From Escherichia coli (GTDB lineage: Bacteria; Pseudomonadota; Gammaproteobacteria; Enterobacterales; Enterobacteriaceae): DNA of 64,000 nucleotides. The stretch is from NCBI RefSeq assembly GCF_003334785.1, contig NZ_QOWV01000001.1; one strand, written 5' to 3'. A program made the translations under genes and the position numbers. Shown here piece after piece: positions 61,537 through 64,000 of this stretch (position 1 is the stretch's first letter; each line of letters starts with the position of its first letter). The notes beneath the pieces are model-generated. The model worked only from the letters and a program-made list of their open reading frames with translations. It made no database searches and was not told the origin of the DNA.

Positions 61537-63258
61537 TTACAAACCCTGCTTGAACTGGTAATAACGCCCCTGTCTGGCAAGCAGTTCTGCGTGAGTACCT
61601 TGCTCAATAATTTGCCCGTTGTCCATCACTATTATTTGTTGGAAACGAGAGAGTCCGCGAAGTCGATGGGTGACCATTAACACCGTTTTCTCACGCATCA
61701 TTTCTGCAAGCAATTCAAGGATCTGGCTTTCGGTTGTGGCATCTAAGCCTTCGGTAGGTTCATCCAGCAACACCAGTGGCGCATCATGTAACAGCGCACG
61801 GGCGATAGCCAGACGGCGCAGTTCACCACCGGAGAGCTGGCGTCCGCCTTCACCTAACCAACTGTTGAGACCTGCATCCTCGAGCAGCTTTTCCAGGCCA
61901 ACGCGACGCAAGATCTCCGACAGAGCCTCATCACTACTGCCAGGCGAGGCGAGTAAAAGATTATCACGCAGCGTGGCGCTAAACAGATGCACTCGCTGAG
62001 GAACAACGCTGATGGTCTGTCGTAGAGCCGCTTCATTCAGGCTGGCTATGGGGCTATCGTTAAGCAAAATCTCGCCCTGTTGCGGGTCCCATGCGCGGGT
62101 CAGCAGTTGTAACAGTGTTGATTTGCCGCATCCGGTTCGCCCGAGAATCGCTATATGTTCCCCGGCGTTTACCTGAAGAGAAATCCCTTTAAGTGCCTGT
62201 TGAGATTGCTCCGGATAAGTGAACTGAACATCCCGTAACGTCAGCGAAACGCGATCGGCAACACGAGTTTGGGTATCAGGAAAGGTGACCTCCGGTTTTT
62301 GATCCGTTAAGTCAGAGATACGTACGGCAGAGGCAATGACTTGCCCCAGATGCTGAAATGCACCCGTTACTGGTGCCAGTGCTTCAAACGCGGCTAACGC
62401 GCAGAAGACAAACAGGGCAATTAACGCGCCGGGTTGAGCATTGCCGCCAACGCCGCCAGACGCCATCCACAGCATCAGGATCACCGCTAACGCGCCAATG
62501 AGCAGCATTATCGCTTGCGACAATGCGGTCAGTTCAGATTGACGGCGTTGCGCTTCCAGCCATTGAATTTCTGTATTCTCTAGTTGCGTGCGATAACGAT
62601 CGCTGGCACCAAAAATGGTCAGCTCAGCTTGCCCTTGCAGCCAGGCCGTCAGTTGTTGGCGATACTGTCCGCGAAGATGAGTCAGATTTTGCCCGGTGCT
62701 TTTTCCCGCACGATAAAACAGCGGTGGCATCAGGAAAAGCGTCAGTAACATAATGCCGCCCAGCGTAAAGGCGAGGGTGAAATCAAGGAAACTTAACCCG
62801 ATTGTCACCACCATAATCACCACAAAAGCGCCCACCAGCGGCGAGATAACGCGCAGGTAAAGATGATCGAGCGTATCAACATCCGCCACCACGCGATTGA
62901 GCAATTCGCCCTGACGATAGCGCGCCAGTCCGGCAGGGGAGAGGGGCAGCAATTTGCTGAAGGTGTAAATGCGCAGATGCTGCAACACGCGGAAAGTCGC
63001 GTCGTGACTTACCAGACGTTCAAAATAGCGCCCGGCAGTACGGGTGATTGCTGCGCCACGCACGCCCGCAGCGGGTAGCATATAGTTGAAGCTGTACAGT
63101 CCGGCAACCCCCGCAACCGCTGAGGCCGAGAGGAACCAGCCGGAAAGTGTCAACAGACCGATACTGGCGAGCAGCGTCACAATTGCCAGCACAATACCAA
63201 GACTTAACATCCATTTATGACGTTTATACAGTGCCAGATAGGGTAGCAAAGCGTGCAT
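61537..63258 (-). CDS. cydC: Cysteine/glutathione ABC exporter subunit CydC
   Basis: 573 aa with an N-terminal 6-TM domain and an ABC ATPase (GRTGCGKST, LSGGELRR). Confidence 0.95.
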   Translation of the reverse strand: MHALLPYLALYKRHKWMLSLGIVLAIVTLLASIGLLTLSGWFLSASAVAGVAGLYSFNYMLPAAGVRGAAITRTAGRYFERLVSHDATFRVLQHLRIYTFSKLLPLSPAGLARYRQGELLNRVVADVDTLDHLYLRVISPLVGAFVVIMVVTIGLSFLDFTLAFTLGGIMLLTLFLMPPLFYRAGKSTGQNLTHLRGQYRQQLTAWLQGQAELTIFGASDRYRTQLENTEIQWLEAQRRQSELTALSQAIMLLIGALAVILMLWMASGGVGGNAQPGALIALFVFCALAAFEALAPVTGAFQHLGQVIASAVRISDLTDQKPEVTFPDTQTRVADRVSLTLRDVQFTYPEQSQQALKGISLQVNAGEHIAILGRTGCGKSTLLQLLTRAWDPQQGEILLNDSPIASLNEAALRQTISVVPQRVHLFSATLRDNLLLASPGSSDEALSEILRRVGLEKLLEDAGLNSWLGEGGRQLSGGELRRLAIARALLHDAPLVLLDEPTEGLDATTESQILELLAEMMREKTVLMVTHRLRGLSRFQQIIVMDNGQIIEQGTHAELLARQGRYYQFKQGL

Positions 63259-64000
63259 TTAAATCTCCTCCTGACGATGGGCCAGTAATGTGGCGAATGG
63301 GCCACCAGCCACACTTAATTCCGCGTAACGTCCTTGCTCAATAATCCGGCCATCCTGCATAACCCAAATGACATCCCAGTCAGCAAGATCTTCTAACTGG
63401 TGGGTGACCATTAACGTTGTCTGGCGCAGAGAGGCGGCATTCAGCGCCTCCATTACGCGCTGTTCACTGTGAGCATCAAGGCTGGCAGCGGGTTCATCCA
63501 ACAGTAATAGCGAACAGGGATTTAGTAACGCACGGGCCACCGCCACGCGCTGCGCCTGCCCCACGGAAAGGCGGGCAGCCTGGTCGCCAACAGGCGTATC
63601 AACGCCTTGTGGGAGGAGCGGTAGAAACTCGCTGACCCAGGCGTTATCCAGCGCTGCTTGTAATTCTTGTTCGCTGGCATCAGGTCGCGCCAGTAGTACG
63701 TTATCCCGCAATGTTGCTGCCGGTAATTGTGGGTTTTGCCCAACCCAGGAGAGATGTTTACGCCATGATTCTGGTGATAAATCGCGTAATTCTATCCCGT
63801 TGATTCGTAGCGATCCCTGATATGAGAGAAAACCAGAAAGCGCGTTCAGCAGTGAGCTTTTACCTGAACCGCTGCGACCAACCAACACCGCACGTTGGCC
63901 TGCTGGCAAAGTAAAGTTCAGCGGTCCGGCCAGCGTTTTACCTTCCGGCGACGTGATAAACAGCTCCTCGGCCTCAATGGTCACCGGATCGGTCGATGCT
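63259..64000 (-). CDS. cydD: Cysteine/glutathione ABC exporter subunit CydD, C-terminal ATPase part (5' end outside window)
   Basis: The stop TAA (63261-63259) abuts the cydC start. Walker A GRSGSGKSS and the signature-like LSVGQAQR are present, and the ORF runs off the window edge. Confidence 0.93.
   Translation of the reverse strand, partial: ASTDPVTIEAEELFITSPEGKTLAGPLNFTLPAGQRAVLVGRSGSGKSSLLNALSGFLSYQGSLRINGIELRDLSPESWRKHLSWVGQNPQLPAATLRDNVLLARPDASEQELQAALDNAWVSEFLPLLPQGVDTPVGDQAARLSVGQAQRVAVARALLNPCSLLLLDEPAASLDAHSEQRVMEALNAASLRQTTLMVTHQLEDLADWDVIWVMQDGRIIEQGRYAELSVAGGPFATLLAHRQEEI

Overview
This window is an Escherichia coli chromosomal segment colinear with the K-12 rimO-to-cydD interval as I remember it. 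The gene order is rimO', bssR, yliI, gstB, dacC, deoR, ybjG, mdfA, ybjH, ybjI, ybjJ, rcdA, [insertion], rybB, ybjL, ybjM, grxA, ybjC-nfsA-rimK-ybjN, potFGHI, ybjO, rlmC, artJ, artPIQM, ybjP, ybjQ-amiD, ybjS, ybjT, ltaE, poxB, hcp-hcr, lysO, aqpZ, ybjD, ybjX, macAB, cspD, clpSA, a two-repeat orphan type I-F CRISPR, serW, infA, aat, cydC and cydD'. Core ORF lengths match the K-12 proteins once track ORFs are trimmed to their real start codons. The only clearly accessory DNA is an ~11.6-kb P2/186-family prophage remnant (10452-22052). It is bounded by a perfect 14-bp direct repeat and sits in the 3' end of the sigmaE-dependent sRNA gene rybB, which stays intact. The remnant keeps int, cI, an apl/cox-like gene, cII, small early ORFs, a TraR-type zinc finger, a Dam methylase, tail genes U and D, and ogr. 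A large internal deletion has fused the N-terminal part of replication gene A in frame to the C-terminal part of the tape-measure gene T. The most interesting element is an AT-rich 558-aa gene wedged between cI and int. It has an N-terminal membrane anchor, long coiled coils, a DUF4041-like core and a C-terminal T5orf172/GIY-YIG-like nuclease module, and is a strong candidate for a lysogen-expressed anti-phage effector. Secondary curiosities are a nested multi-hairpin GC-rich element in the lysO-aqpZ spacer, the cas-less I-F mini-array, and the chromosomal OLD-family gene ybjD. All homology statements come from recognising the sequences by eye. No searches were run.
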